In this document: in pieces, positions 1 through 11,283 of the stretch
How the letters are laid out: each line of letters opens with the position of its first letter
Numbering within the stretch: the first letter of the stretch is position 1
Assembly: GCA_040081625.1 (NCBI GenBank)
Contig: JBEBGD010000003.1
Span: 32,001-96,000 of the forward strand
Source of the DNA: Chthoniobacteraceae bacterium
GTDB taxonomy: Bacteria > Verrucomicrobiota > Verrucomicrobiia > Chthoniobacterales > Chthoniobacteraceae
Direction: 5' to 3'
DNA: 64,000 nucleotides
Notes under the pieces: model-generated
The model's database searches: none
Told to the model about the DNA's origin: nothing
What the model saw: the letters and a program-made list of their open reading frames with translations, nothing else
Program-made: the position numbers and the translations under genes

Positions 1-1329
1 CGCCTTGTGCCCGTGCGTGAGATGGCCGCCGTGGCTGAGGTCCATCGTGAGGATGCGGTCGCCGACTTGCAGCACGGAGAAATAGACGGCGGCATTCGCC
101 TGCGAGCCGGAATGCGGCTGCACGTTTGCGTGTTCGGCGCCGGGGAAGAGCTGCTTCACGCGATCGATCGCAAGCTGCTCGACCACGTCCACGTTTTCGC
201 ACCCGCCATACCAGCGCCGGCCGGGATAGCCTTCGGCGTATTTGTTCGTGAGGCAGGAGCCCTGCGCTTCCATCACCGCGCGGCTCACGAAGTTCTCGCT
301 CGCGATCAGCTCGATGTTCTCGAACTGCCGCTTCTTCTCCGCCTCGATCGCCGCAAACACCGCCGGGTCCGCCTCCGCGAGCGACGCGCGCGGACTCGAT
401 CCGCACGTGAGCTTGCCCACGCGCCGCTCGTGCCGTCCGCCTTCAAACTGCGCCGCCACGAACGCTTCGACCAGCTTCGGCGCGTCGGCCGCGGTCACGT
501 TGCGCGCGCCGAAGCAGAGCACGTTCGAGTTGTTGTGCTGCCGCGTCACGGTCGCGTCGGCGGGGTTGCTCACCAGCGCCGCGCGGATCTGCGGATGCCG
601 GTTCGCCATGATGCTCATGCCGACTCCGCTCGAGCACATGAGCACGCCGAAGTCCGCGCGCCCCGCGATCACCTCCTGGCACACGGCCTCCGCGTAATCA
701 TTATAGTCCACCGAGTCCTTCGTGTTCGTGCCGAGATCGACGACCACGTCGCCGCGGCCAGTGAGGAAGGCATTCACCATCGCCTTCAAGTCGAGCGCGG
801 CATGGTCGGCGCCGAGCGCGATGCGCATCGGGCGGGTGGAAGTCGGGGCGGGTGTGTCGGTGGATGTGGTCATGGATTGCTGGTCGATGAAGTTGAGAAT
901 ATTTGGCATCGCCGCGCGCAGCGCGTCGCGGCACTCGATGTAAGCGCCGATGCCCATGCCGATCGGGTCCGGCACGTCCGGCGAGCCGCCGCGGTCCGGC
1001 ATGAAATCGCCCATCAGCCACAGCTTGCCTTCCGCCTCGGGGAAAAAGAGCCGGATCGTTTCGTAGTGCCCGCGCGTCATCGCGAAGATGTGCGTGGCCC
1101 ACGCGACCGCGTCCTCATCGAGCTGCGCGCTGATGATGTCCGAGATGTCGAAGCCGAGCGCCCTGCACGCCTCGATGCCCGGCTCGCTCGGCCCCTGGCC
1201 TTCTCCCGCGCTCACGCCCGCCGACGCGACCTCGAAGTCCCCGCGCCCCTCCACCAGCTCACGAAAAAGCCCCTCAGCCATCGGGCTGCGGCAGATGTTT
1301 CCAGTGCAGACAAAGAGGACGTGTTTCAA
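1..1329 (-). CDS. glyA: Triple fusion of LMW protein phosphatase (YwlE-like), ribose-5-phosphate isomerase B and serine hydroxymethyltransferase; 3' end lies outside the window
   Basis: Manual translation from TTG at 1329 to position 1 has no stop. It reads [19 protein letters not shown]...DVPDPIG (LMW phosphatase), [11 protein letters not shown]...[13 protein letters not shown]...[10 protein letters not shown]...[10 protein letters not shown] (RpiB), then [11 protein letters not shown]...[18 protein letters not shown]...[11 protein letters not shown]...[12 protein letters not shown] (GlyA). Confidence 0.93.
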   Translation of the reverse strand, partial: MKHVLFVCTGNICRSPMAEGLFRELVEGRGDFEVASAGVSAGEGQGPSEPGIEACRALGFDISDIISAQLDEDAVAWATHIFAMTRGHYETIRLFFPEAEGKLWLMGDFMPDRGGSPDVPDPIGMGIGAYIECRDALRAAMPNILNFIDQQSMTTSTDTPAPTSTRPMRIALGADHAALDLKAMVNAFLTGRGDVVVDLGTNTKDSVDYNDYAEAVCQEVIAGRADFGVLMCSSGVGMSIMANRHPQIRAALVSNPADATVTRQHNNSNVLCFGARNVTAADAPKLVEAFVAAQFEGGRHERRVGKLTCGSSPRASLAEADPAVFAAIEAEKKRQFENIELIASENFVSRAVMEAQGSCLTNKYAEGYPGRRWYGGCENVDVVEQLAIDRVKQLFPGAEHANVQPHSGSQANAAVYFSVLQVGDRILTMDLSHGGHLTHGHKA

Positions 1330-1337
1330 GGGCGCGG

Positions 1338-1365
1338 ACAGTAGAGCCGGCGACGTGCAAGTCAA
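1338..1365 (-). promoter_or_regulatory. Putative sigma70-type promoter of the fusion gene
   Basis: Minus strand reads TTGACT-N16-TACTGT-N8-TTG start. Confidence 0.55.
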
Positions 1366-1444
1366 TGTAGCCGCGGAGTTCCGCGACGAGTGGCTACAAT
1401 TTTCATTTCCCGCCGCGCGAATGCGGCTACACCACTCGTTCCAA

Positions 1445-2569
1445 ATGAACCCACGCACGATGAAAGGCGTCGGCGTCGTTCCCGGGAAACGGGAACTGCG
1501 CATGATCGACCACCCAGAACCCGCGATCACCGCGGCCAACGAGTTGAAGATTCGCACGATCGAGGTCGGCATCTGCGGCACGGATCGGGAAATCTGCACC
1601 TTCGCCTACGGACGTCCGCCGGGGGACAGCGAATATCTTTTGCTCGGCCACGAGTGCCTCGGCGAAGTCGTCGAGATCGGCGAGGGCGTGACCGGGTTCA
1701 AGCCGGGCGATCTCGTGGTGCCGAGCGTGCGCCGGCCTTGCGGCGATCCGGACTGCGCGCCGTGTCGCGAGGGGCGGCAGGATTTTTGTTTCACGTGGCA
1801 GTTCACCGAGCGCGGGATCAATCAGCGCCACGGCTACATGACGGAGGTGTTCGTCGAGGAGGATCGGTATCTCACGCCCGTGCCGACTGAACTGCGCGAC
1901 GTGGCGGTGATGGCCGAGCCGCTGACGATCGCCGAGAAGGGACTCGCGCAAATCTGGCAGGTGCAGAAGCGGCTGCCGGGTTGGGAAAATGACGGCGGCA
2001 AGGGCCGCGGCTTTGGGCGAAACGCCGTGGTGCTCGGCGCGGGGCCGATCGGCCTGCTCGGCGCGATGAAGCTGCTGATCGAGGGCTTCCGCGTATTCAT
2101 CTACTCGCGCTCGAAGGCGCCGAATTTCAAGGCGGACATCGCCGCGCAGATCGGCGCGGAATACGTCTCGTCGCTGGAAGTGTCCGCCGAAGAACTCGCG
2201 AAGAAGGCCGGCAACATCGATCTCGTGTATGAGGCGGTCGGCGAAGGCAACGTCACCTTCGAGGTCATGCGCGAACTCGGTATCAACGGCGTCTTCATCA
2301 TGACGGGCATCCCGGCCGAGAAGCCGCAGATCCCGATCTTCGCCGACACGATCATGCGGAACATCACGCTCAAGAATCACGCGATCATCGGCACGGTGAA
2401 CGCGAGCCCGCAGGCGTTTGCCGATGCGATCGAGGATCTCGGCGAGTTCAAGCGGCGCTGGCCGGCGGCGGTTGCTGCGTTGATCACCGGTCGTTTCGGC
2501 ATCGACGCGCATCGCGAGCTGTTGATCGGGAAGGCGGCGGGGATCAAGAACGTGATTCAGTTCGCGTAG
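1445..2569 (+). CDS. Zinc-dependent glucose 1-dehydrogenase-like enzyme (MDR family)
   Basis: GICGTD, GHE, structural-Zn [12 protein letters not shown]...DFC and Rossmann GAGPIG motifs. Start trimmed from the ORF-track 1088 to ATG 1445 (1460 also possible). Confidence 0.85.
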   Translation: MNPRTMKGVGVVPGKRELRMIDHPEPAITAANELKIRTIEVGICGTDREICTFAYGRPPGDSEYLLLGHECLGEVVEIGEGVTGFKPGDLVVPSVRRPCGDPDCAPCREGRQDFCFTWQFTERGINQRHGYMTEVFVEEDRYLTPVPTELRDVAVMAEPLTIAEKGLAQIWQVQKRLPGWENDGGKGRGFGRNAVVLGAGPIGLLGAMKLLIEGFRVFIYSRSKAPNFKADIAAQIGAEYVSSLEVSAEELAKKAGNIDLVYEAVGEGNVTFEVMRELGINGVFIMTGIPAEKPQIPIFADTIMRNITLKNHAIIGTVNASPQAFADAIEDLGEFKRRWPAAVAALITGRFGIDAHRELLIGKAAGIKNVIQFA

Positions 2570-2580
2570 GGCATCCTCTC

Positions 2581-2661
2581 CTTCTGCTTCTGCTTCTGCT
2601 TCTTCATCTGCTTCCCTTCGATTCGAGCTACGATAGAAGGAGATGAAGATGAAGAAGCAGA
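2581..2661. repeat. Short (CTTCTG)n tract with an inverted partner forming a stem-loop
   Basis: TCTGCTTCTTCATCT (2595-2609) is the exact reverse complement of AGATGAAGAAGCAGA (2647-2661). Confidence 0.7.
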
Positions 2662-2669
2662 CAAATACC

Positions 2670-3302
2670 ATGAATCCTTGGATCGACGTCTCAGTCCCCA
2701 TTCACAGCGGCATGCACCATTGGCCCGGCGATCCGCCGACCTTTGCGACCATGCACGCCGGCACCGCCAAGGGTGACGTGTGCAATGTCTCCGCGCTCTA
2801 CATGAGTTCGCACATGGGCACGCACATGGACGCACCGTTTCACTTTCTCCCCGGCACGAAGACCATGGACGACCTGCCGTTCGACGCGGTGATCGGCCCG
2901 GCGCGGCTCGTGGAGATCAAGGACAAGACCGCGATCAAGCCGGCGGAACTCAAGAAGCTCAAGCCGCGCAAAGGCGAGCGGCTGCTTTTCAAGACGCCCA
3001 ACTCGGCGCGGAGCTGGAAGAAGCCGGAGTTCGACAAGGACTTCGTTTATATCGCGAAGGAGGGCGCGAAGTATCTCGTCGATTGCGGCGTTCAGACCGT
3101 GGGCGTCGATTACCTGAGCGTCGGCGGATTTTACAATGACGGCATCCCGACGCACCACGTCCTGCTCGGTGCGGAAGTGTGGATCATCGAGGGGCTGAAC
3201 TTCGCCGGCGTGAAGCCCGGCGACTACGACCTGATCTGCCTGCCGATCAAGTATCGCGGCGGCGACGGCGCACCGGCGCGCTGCCTGATCCGGGCGATGT
3301 AG
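2670..3302 (+). CDS. Cyclase family metal-dependent hydrolase (kynurenine formamidase-like)
   Basis: WPGDP, HMGTHMDAP, VGVDYLS, IIEGL and GDGAPAR motifs. Confidence 0.88.
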   Translation: MNPWIDVSVPIHSGMHHWPGDPPTFATMHAGTAKGDVCNVSALYMSSHMGTHMDAPFHFLPGTKTMDDLPFDAVIGPARLVEIKDKTAIKPAELKKLKPRKGERLLFKTPNSARSWKKPEFDKDFVYIAKEGAKYLVDCGVQTVGVDYLSVGGFYNDGIPTHHVLLGAEVWIIEGLNFAGVKPGDYDLICLPIKYRGGDGAPARCLIRAM

Positions 3303-3329
3303 CCGCGTCGCTCTGCGACGCGCACTACA
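3298..3329. terminator. Hairpin between convergent genes (possible bidirectional terminator or GTAG-type REP-like element)
   Basis: TGTAG-c-CGCGTCGC-tct-GCGACGCG-ca-CTACA. Confidence 0.5.
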
Positions 3330-3331
3330 CG

Positions 3332-5557
<2,226 letters not shown>

Positions 5558-5676
5558 TCAGCGCCAGCTCACGATGTCGTCCGAGTCCTCTGCGCCGCGG
5601 TGCGCAAATGGAGTGTCGGGAGTCTCTGCGCGTGCCTTGCTTTCCGGCGCGTGCTCCCTAGCTTGCGCGACTTTTC

Positions 5677-7740
5677 ATGTCCCAAGAGCAAGCCATCGAC
5701 GCCGCGCGCACCCGCATCCAGAGGCTGGTCGAGGAGATCGCGGCGCTTTCCAAGCGCGATCTGCCGACCGAGCAGTTCCTGCCCGAGTTCATCGCGCGCG
5801 TGGTGAAGGCGACCGATGCGCGTGGCGGCGCGGTGTGGCTGGTCGGGCAGCGGGATGCGGAGGGGCAGGCGGAGTTTCAGCTCGCGGCGCAGATCGAGTT
5901 CGAGTCGTGCGGCTTTCAAAGCGACGAGGTGCAGCGTGCGCTGATCCTGCGCGCGCTCGGCGAGTGCGTGAGCCAGAAAAAGCCCGTGGCCATGCAGCCG
6001 GCGCCGCAGCAGTCGGAGGCCGGTTCGCTCGAGGCGCAGCTCGCGCAGCTCCGCGGGGAGGCGCAGCCGCAGGGGCCGCAGAACAAGACGCCGTTTCCCT
6101 TTCTCTACGTGCCGCTGCCGCTCAAGGAGCAGGTGCTCGGCGTCGTGCAGGTGTGGCTCCAGCCTTACGTCACGGCGGAGAATTACCGCGAGTTCGCGAC
6201 GTTCCTCGGGCAGCTCGCGGGCTACGTCGAGCAGCACTTCCAGTCGCGCCGGCTCGGCACGCTCGTGCTCGAGACGCAGCGGCTCCAGCATTTGCTCAAA
6301 TACACGAGCGATCTCGCCGGCTCGCTCGATCCGACCGAGGTCGCGCGGCTCGCGGCGAATTACGGGCGCGATCTCATCGGCTGTGAGCGCTGTTCGGTGC
6401 TGTGGCTCGATGGGCAGCAGTGGCGCGTGCATTCGATCTCGGGGCAGGAGGTCGTCGAGAAAAAGAGCACGATGGTGAAGGCGCTCGCGGCGTTCGTCGG
6501 CGCGCACGTGAAGCCGGAGGTCGTGACGCTTTCCAAGAAGGAGCTGCTCGCCGCGCACGCGAGCGACGGTGCCGAGGGCGCGGAGCCGACGCCGTCGCGC
6601 AGCGGCACGGATGTGATCGACCTCGCCTACTTCGATGTTTCGCACGTCTCGAGCGCCGCGATCGCGCCGCTGCTCGATGATGACAAGCAGATCTTCGGCG
6701 CGTATTTCGCCGAGAGCACGACGGAGGGATTTTTCGACTCGCCGGAGGGGGCGAAGGAGTTGCCGCTCGCGCGCCGCGTGACGGACTGGCTGGCGACGCA
6801 CACCGGCAAGCAGCTCCGCGCGGCGCAGGACTATCACTCGCTGCCGTTTCTCTTTGCGACGAAGCGGCTGCGCGCGACGCGGCTGGCCTTTGCCGCGAAC
6901 AAGCGCCGCCGCTCGATGATGCGGCTGGCGATGTGGGGCATCCCGCTGCTGCTCGTGCTCATCTATCCGAAGCAGGATGTGGTCGAGGGTAATTGTGTGC
7001 TCATGCCCGAGCACCACAATGCGATCGTGACCGAGGTGCCCGGGCGCGTGGACAAGGTGCTCGTGCAGGAAGGTTCGCAGTTGAAGGCCGGCGATGCGGT
7101 CGTCGTGCTCGACACGCGCCGGTTCGAGACGGAGCTCGATGGCGTTCGCAAGGATATCGCGCGGCTCGAGGCCGAGGCGGAGCGCTACCGCGGCGCGGGC
7201 GATGAGGCGGGCGCGCAGGTCGCCAGCTTGCAGGCCGCATCTTCCCGCGAGAATGCGAAGCGTCTCGAGTCCGACATCGCCGCCGGCACGCTGCGCAGCC
7301 CGATCACGGGCGTGATCCTGACCAAGGATATCGAGAAGCGTGCGGGTGAATTCATCCAGATCGGCACGGTGCTCGCCGAGGTGGCTGCGCTCAATGGGTG
7401 GGAGATGAAGATGGACGTGGACCAGCGCAACATCGGCAAGGTCGAGGGGCGGCTTGATCGCGGGCCGGTGACGATGAGCTACATCCTTTACAGCCAGACG
7501 GCGCACACGCTGACCGCGACGCTGAGCAGTTCGCGTCAGATCAGCGCCGCGGCGGAGGCGCGCGAAGCGGAGCACGTTTTTGTCGTCACGATCGACGACG
7601 TGATCATCCCGAAGGAAATCGAAAGCTCGATGCGACCCGGGTTGACCGGCCGGGCGAAGATCGACCTCGGCCGCAAGCCGCTCGGCTGGCTGTGGCTGAC
7701 GCGGATTTGGTCGTGGCTGGAGATGCGGCTGATCGGCTGA
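5677..7740 (+). CDS. GAF-domain-containing membrane fusion (HlyD/RND adaptor-like) protein
   Basis: N-terminal GAF-like regions (GGAVWL..., GCERCSVL...), one TM segment, then lipoyl-hairpin-lipoyl adaptor motifs VPGRVDKVLVQEG...LRSPITGVI...RPGLTGRAKI. Confidence 0.75.
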   Translation: MSQEQAIDAARTRIQRLVEEIAALSKRDLPTEQFLPEFIARVVKATDARGGAVWLVGQRDAEGQAEFQLAAQIEFESCGFQSDEVQRALILRALGECVSQKKPVAMQPAPQQSEAGSLEAQLAQLRGEAQPQGPQNKTPFPFLYVPLPLKEQVLGVVQVWLQPYVTAENYREFATFLGQLAGYVEQHFQSRRLGTLVLETQRLQHLLKYTSDLAGSLDPTEVARLAANYGRDLIGCERCSVLWLDGQQWRVHSISGQEVVEKKSTMVKALAAFVGAHVKPEVVTLSKKELLAAHASDGAEGAEPTPSRSGTDVIDLAYFDVSHVSSAAIAPLLDDDKQIFGAYFAESTTEGFFDSPEGAKELPLARRVTDWLATHTGKQLRAAQDYHSLPFLFATKRLRATRLAFAANKRRRSMMRLAMWGIPLLLVLIYPKQDVVEGNCVLMPEHHNAIVTEVPGRVDKVLVQEGSQLKAGDAVVVLDTRRFETELDGVRKDIARLEAEAERYRGAGDEAGAQVASLQAASSRENAKRLESDIAAGTLRSPITGVILTKDIEKRAGEFIQIGTVLAEVAALNGWEMKMDVDQRNIGKVEGRLDRGPVTMSYILYSQTAHTLTATLSSSRQISAAAEAREAEHVFVVTIDDVIIPKEIESSMRPGLTGRAKIDLGRKPLGWLWLTRIWSWLEMRLIG

Positions 7741-7743
7741 ACG

Positions 7744-9384
7744 TCAGCGGGCGTCGGGCGGGTAGGGGCGCGGTGCCTTGTCGAGGTCCGGATTGAAAGC
7801 CCACGCGCGCCGGGAGGCGAAGTAGGTGGTGACTTTCCGGTTTTCCTCCGGGCCCATGTCGCGCGCCCAGACGATGTCCCCGGCGTCGATGTCCGCGCCA
7901 TTATAGACCCATTCGCGGTTGAGGTTGTGCGTGCGTTCGTAGTCCACGAAGACGACGTGCTTGTTTCCGTCGCTCGCGAGTTGTCCGGCGATCGCGCGGC
8001 GGTGGAATCCCCAATGGTCGCCGCGCTGGTTCTTGCTTTGCCTGATGTAGAACCCCGCGAAGGACATGAAGAGCAACCAGGAGGCGACGAGCCCCACCGC
8101 GCAAGCGCCCGCGGGTCGCTGCCCGATCTGCCAGCGGCTCATGGCCTGCATCGATGCGGCGAGGAGGACGAAGGAGAGCGGGAGCACTGGCGCGGCGTAG
8201 TGCTCGAAGACGTAGGTGGACATCGACATCGCCGCGGCGCAGCCCACGCAGACGAAGATGGCGGCGCGCATCCACCAATCGCGCAGCAGCAGCGGCAGGG
8301 GCAGGAAGAGGAGAAGGACGAGCCAGTTCCAGCTCATGACGCGGAAGCCGGCCAACTTTTGCCATGAGATCCGAATGAAGCCCGGCAACGAGCGCTGCCA
8401 CTCCGCGTATTGGCGCGAGTGCTGGTAGAAGTCGTGCATCTGCCAGTGCCTCACCTCGGGGATGGGCGGAATTTTTTCCCACAGGAAAAGCGGGGCCGAA
8501 TCGTAGGCGCGCTCGTAGATCAGGTAGGGGAGCGTCGTGGCGGAGCCGGTGAGGGTGCGATTGTAGTGGAGCAGGAATGCGCAGCTCAGCGCCAGCACGA
8601 GCAGGAGCGGTGGCAGCACGCGGACGAGGCGGTGAAGGCGGCCGGAGCGCAGGAGCTGGACGCCGAGGATGGACATCACGAGCAGGCACATGACGAAGCC
8701 CTCGAAAGGCCGGCTGATGGTCAGCAGGCCCATCCCGAGGCCCATCGCGGCACCGATGGTGCCGAAATTCCTCGGCGCGCTGTCGTCTGCGGCGACGCGG
8801 CGCCAGCCACTGAGCACGAGCGCGCCGGCGCCGAGCGCGATGCTCCCGCCCCAGAACGACCAGTTCCAGAGCAGCAGCAGCGGGTTGAGCGTGGTGAGGA
8901 TGGCGGCGACGACCGCCCAGCGCCGTGGCAGCCAGGCGAAGAACATCCACAGGAGCGCCGCGACGCTGAGCGCGGTGGAGATCCACACGCCATAGATCGG
9001 ACTGCCCAGCCACATGCCCGCGGCCAGCACGAGCGCCTGCGCCGGGGGAAATTTCGCCGCGTAGATCGGCGAGGAGATGACGTGGAAAGTCTCGAAGTGC
9101 TGCCAGAGCGGGTGCGGCTCGTTTTTCAACCGGCCATGAAGAAACGTCTCCGCCTGCATGAGGTAGGCGAACTCATCGTGAACGCGCGGCGCGGGCGACT
9201 CGAGCACCGTGCTCGCCAGCACGCTGATCGCGAACGAGAGCACTGCGAACCCACCGAGGCACGCCCACGGCCGCTCGCCGAGCCGGTCGAGGATCCTCAC
9301 GATCCATTCGCCGCGCCGCGCCACGCTGCGGGGCAGGACGAGCCCGACCACGAAGAGCAGGATGGCAACCGCAGTGAATTTCAT
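7744..9384 (-). CDS. Polytopic membrane protein, GT-C (ArnT/PMT-like) glycosyltransferase candidate
   Basis: Many hydrophobic helices; loop motif HDEFAY after the N-terminal TMs; AKFPP. Start placed at ATG 9384. Confidence 0.6.
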   Translation of the reverse strand: MKFTAVAILLFVVGLVLPRSVARRGEWIVRILDRLGERPWACLGGFAVLSFAISVLASTVLESPAPRVHDEFAYLMQAETFLHGRLKNEPHPLWQHFETFHVISSPIYAAKFPPAQALVLAAGMWLGSPIYGVWISTALSVAALLWMFFAWLPRRWAVVAAILTTLNPLLLLWNWSFWGGSIALGAGALVLSGWRRVAADDSAPRNFGTIGAAMGLGMGLLTISRPFEGFVMCLLVMSILGVQLLRSGRLHRLVRVLPPLLLVLALSCAFLLHYNRTLTGSATTLPYLIYERAYDSAPLFLWEKIPPIPEVRHWQMHDFYQHSRQYAEWQRSLPGFIRISWQKLAGFRVMSWNWLVLLLFLPLPLLLRDWWMRAAIFVCVGCAAAMSMSTYVFEHYAAPVLPLSFVLLAASMQAMSRWQIGQRPAGACAVGLVASWLLFMSFAGFYIRQSKNQRGDHWGFHRRAIAGQLASDGNKHVVFVDYERTHNLNREWVYNGADIDAGDIVWARDMGPEENRKVTTYFASRRAWAFNPDLDKAPRPYPPDAR

Positions 9385-9474
9385 TCGGCGCAGGATGTGT
9401 TTCCGGTGCGGGGGTGGCGCAACCAAAATGTGCGAGTGGGCGCCGGAGCGCGGATGCGGTAGTGAAGGAGGCGC

Positions 9475-10209
9475 ATGACTCCGTTTCAGTTCGCCGCGCT
9501 CGTTTTCATCGCCGGATTGCCGGCGCTCGTGTGGTGGTGGGACCGCCACCCGCACCGGCCGGCAGTCGCGCGCCTCGCCGAGCGCGGGCTCGCGGTCGCG
9601 CTATTGCTCGCCTATGCGGGCGATCTCGCGGCGAAGTGGCACGACGGGAAATTCACGCCTGAGTTCGCGCTGCCGATGCAGCTCTGCGACTGGGCGCTCC
9701 TTGCGATCGTGCCGGCGTTGTGGTGGCGGTGGCGGGCTGGTTTCGACGTGGCGTATTTCTGGGGCCTCGCCGCGACGCTGCAGGCGGTCTTCACGCCGGC
9801 CATCGCCGCGGACCTGCACTGGTTGCGGCAGTCCGGCTTTTTCTTCATGCACGCCGGGATCGTCGCGGGTGTGCTGCACTTGACCGTCACCGCGCGTTTT
9901 CGCCCGCGCTGGCCGCGCTCGATCGTGCGCGTGGTGGTCGCGTCGGAGGCGTATCTCGCCTGCGCGCTCACGGCGAATGCGCTGACCGGCGGGAACTACG
10001 GCTTCCTCAGCCACAAGCCCGCGACGCGCTCGATGCTCGACCTCTTCTCCGACACGCCGTGGCTCTACGTCGTGCAGCTCAACGTCGTCGCGTTCGGCTT
10101 TTTCGCCGCGCTCTACGCGCCGTGGTGGATCACGGATGCAGCCGCTGCCACTCGAGCGCGGGCCGATCGACGCGGAACTGAACGATCCGCTGGTGATCGA
10201 CCTCGGTGA
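9475..10209 (+). CDS. YwaF/TIGR02206-like integral membrane protein
   Basis: LPMQLCD, LQAVFTP, FFFMH and NYGFL..KP motifs. Confidence 0.8.
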   Translation: MTPFQFAALVFIAGLPALVWWWDRHPHRPAVARLAERGLAVALLLAYAGDLAAKWHDGKFTPEFALPMQLCDWALLAIVPALWWRWRAGFDVAYFWGLAATLQAVFTPAIAADLHWLRQSGFFFMHAGIVAGVLHLTVTARFRPRWPRSIVRVVVASEAYLACALTANALTGGNYGFLSHKPATRSMLDLFSDTPWLYVVQLNVVAFGFFAALYAPWWITDAAAATRARADRRGTERSAGDRPR

Positions 10210-11023
10210 CGTAGGCCGTGCGCCCGTCCGGGCCGCCGAAGCAGATGTTCGAGGGCTTAAGCCCGAGCACGTCGATCTCGCGCAGGATGTCGCCGGCAGG
10301 TGAGAGCTTCACGACGGTGCCCCTGGAGTGGCGCGTGACGTAAAGATTGCCGTCGATGTCGCAGCGCATCCCATCGAAGCCGAAGTCGTCGAACTGCTTC
10401 ACGAGCTTGCGGGGGCCGAGGGTGCGGTCGGGCTGGATCGGGAAGGCCCACACGCCGCGCTGCTCGCTTTCGTTGACGTAGAGCGTCTTGCCGTCCGGGC
10501 TCACGTCGATGCCGTTGGTCGTGCCGAGTCCGCTCGCGAGCAGGTGCGTGGTGCCGTCGCGATCGATGCGCCAGAGCTGGCCGGTCTTCGCTTTCCAATC
10601 CGGATCGCTCGCGTAGAGCGTGCCGTCGGCTGCGATGGCGAGATCGTTTGGCTGACTCATCTTCGGTTCGTGCGCGAAGACGCTCACGGCTCGTGTCTTC
10701 ATGTCGATGCGCAGCACGTTGTGGCCGGTGTAGTCGGCGACGAACATCGTGCCGTCGCGCCCGAAGCGAATGCCGTTGCCCGTGCTGCCCGCGGGAAGCG
10801 TCACGAACAGCTCGGCTTTGCCGTCCGGCGTGACTTTCCCGATCGTGTGCTGCTGCGCGAAGTTGACGGCGTAGATATTTCCCGCCGCGTCGCACGCCGG
10901 CCCCTCGATGCCCGGCGTGAAGGCACCCGCTGTGGTGAGCGGCGTCGCGACGAAGAGCTTTTCTTCGGCGGCACTGGCGATGGAGAGCGCGGCGATCGGG
11001 AGGATGAGAAGGTGGAAGTGCAT
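10130..11023 (-). CDS. SMP-30/gluconolactonase family secreted protein
   Basis: Signal peptide; EGP, PNDL, NGIDVSPDGKTLYV and DGMRCDIDGNLYV propeller motifs. Confidence 0.9.
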   Translation of the reverse strand: MHFHLLILPIAALSIASAAEEKLFVATPLTTAGAFTPGIEGPACDAAGNIYAVNFAQQHTIGKVTPDGKAELFVTLPAGSTGNGIRFGRDGTMFVADYTGHNVLRIDMKTRAVSVFAHEPKMSQPNDLAIAADGTLYASDPDWKAKTGQLWRIDRDGTTHLLASGLGTTNGIDVSPDGKTLYVNESEQRGVWAFPIQPDRTLGPRKLVKQFDDFGFDGMRCDIDGNLYVTRHSRGTVVKLSPAGDILREIDVLGLKPSNICFGGPDGRTAYVTEVDHQRIVQFRVDRPALEWQRLHP

Positions 11024-11283
11024 GGTGGGTGGAAGGCTCTATCCGGCAACGCGCGGAGATGCTGGTAAATAATCGCCCGGACTGTTGTGAATCGCGCAAC
11101 TTCTCAGCCCGGATGCGCTCGTGCGCCGGGCCTCGCAAAAAAAGTTTCAGTGGAGATTGAACGGAAACACAGAGGGCGCAAAAAAAAGCTTCCATCCCGG
11201 CAGGCTGGCTGCTAAACGCGCCGATGCCGAATTCCGGCACCAACCAAAGCAGTCCAAAAAACCAACCAAAGAAAGAACCACCA

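Noticed and set aside
7..1344. 445-aa plus-strand ORF
   Set aside because: It is the codon-aligned antisense shadow of the phosphatase-RpiB-GlyA fusion, Arg/His-rich with no motifs.
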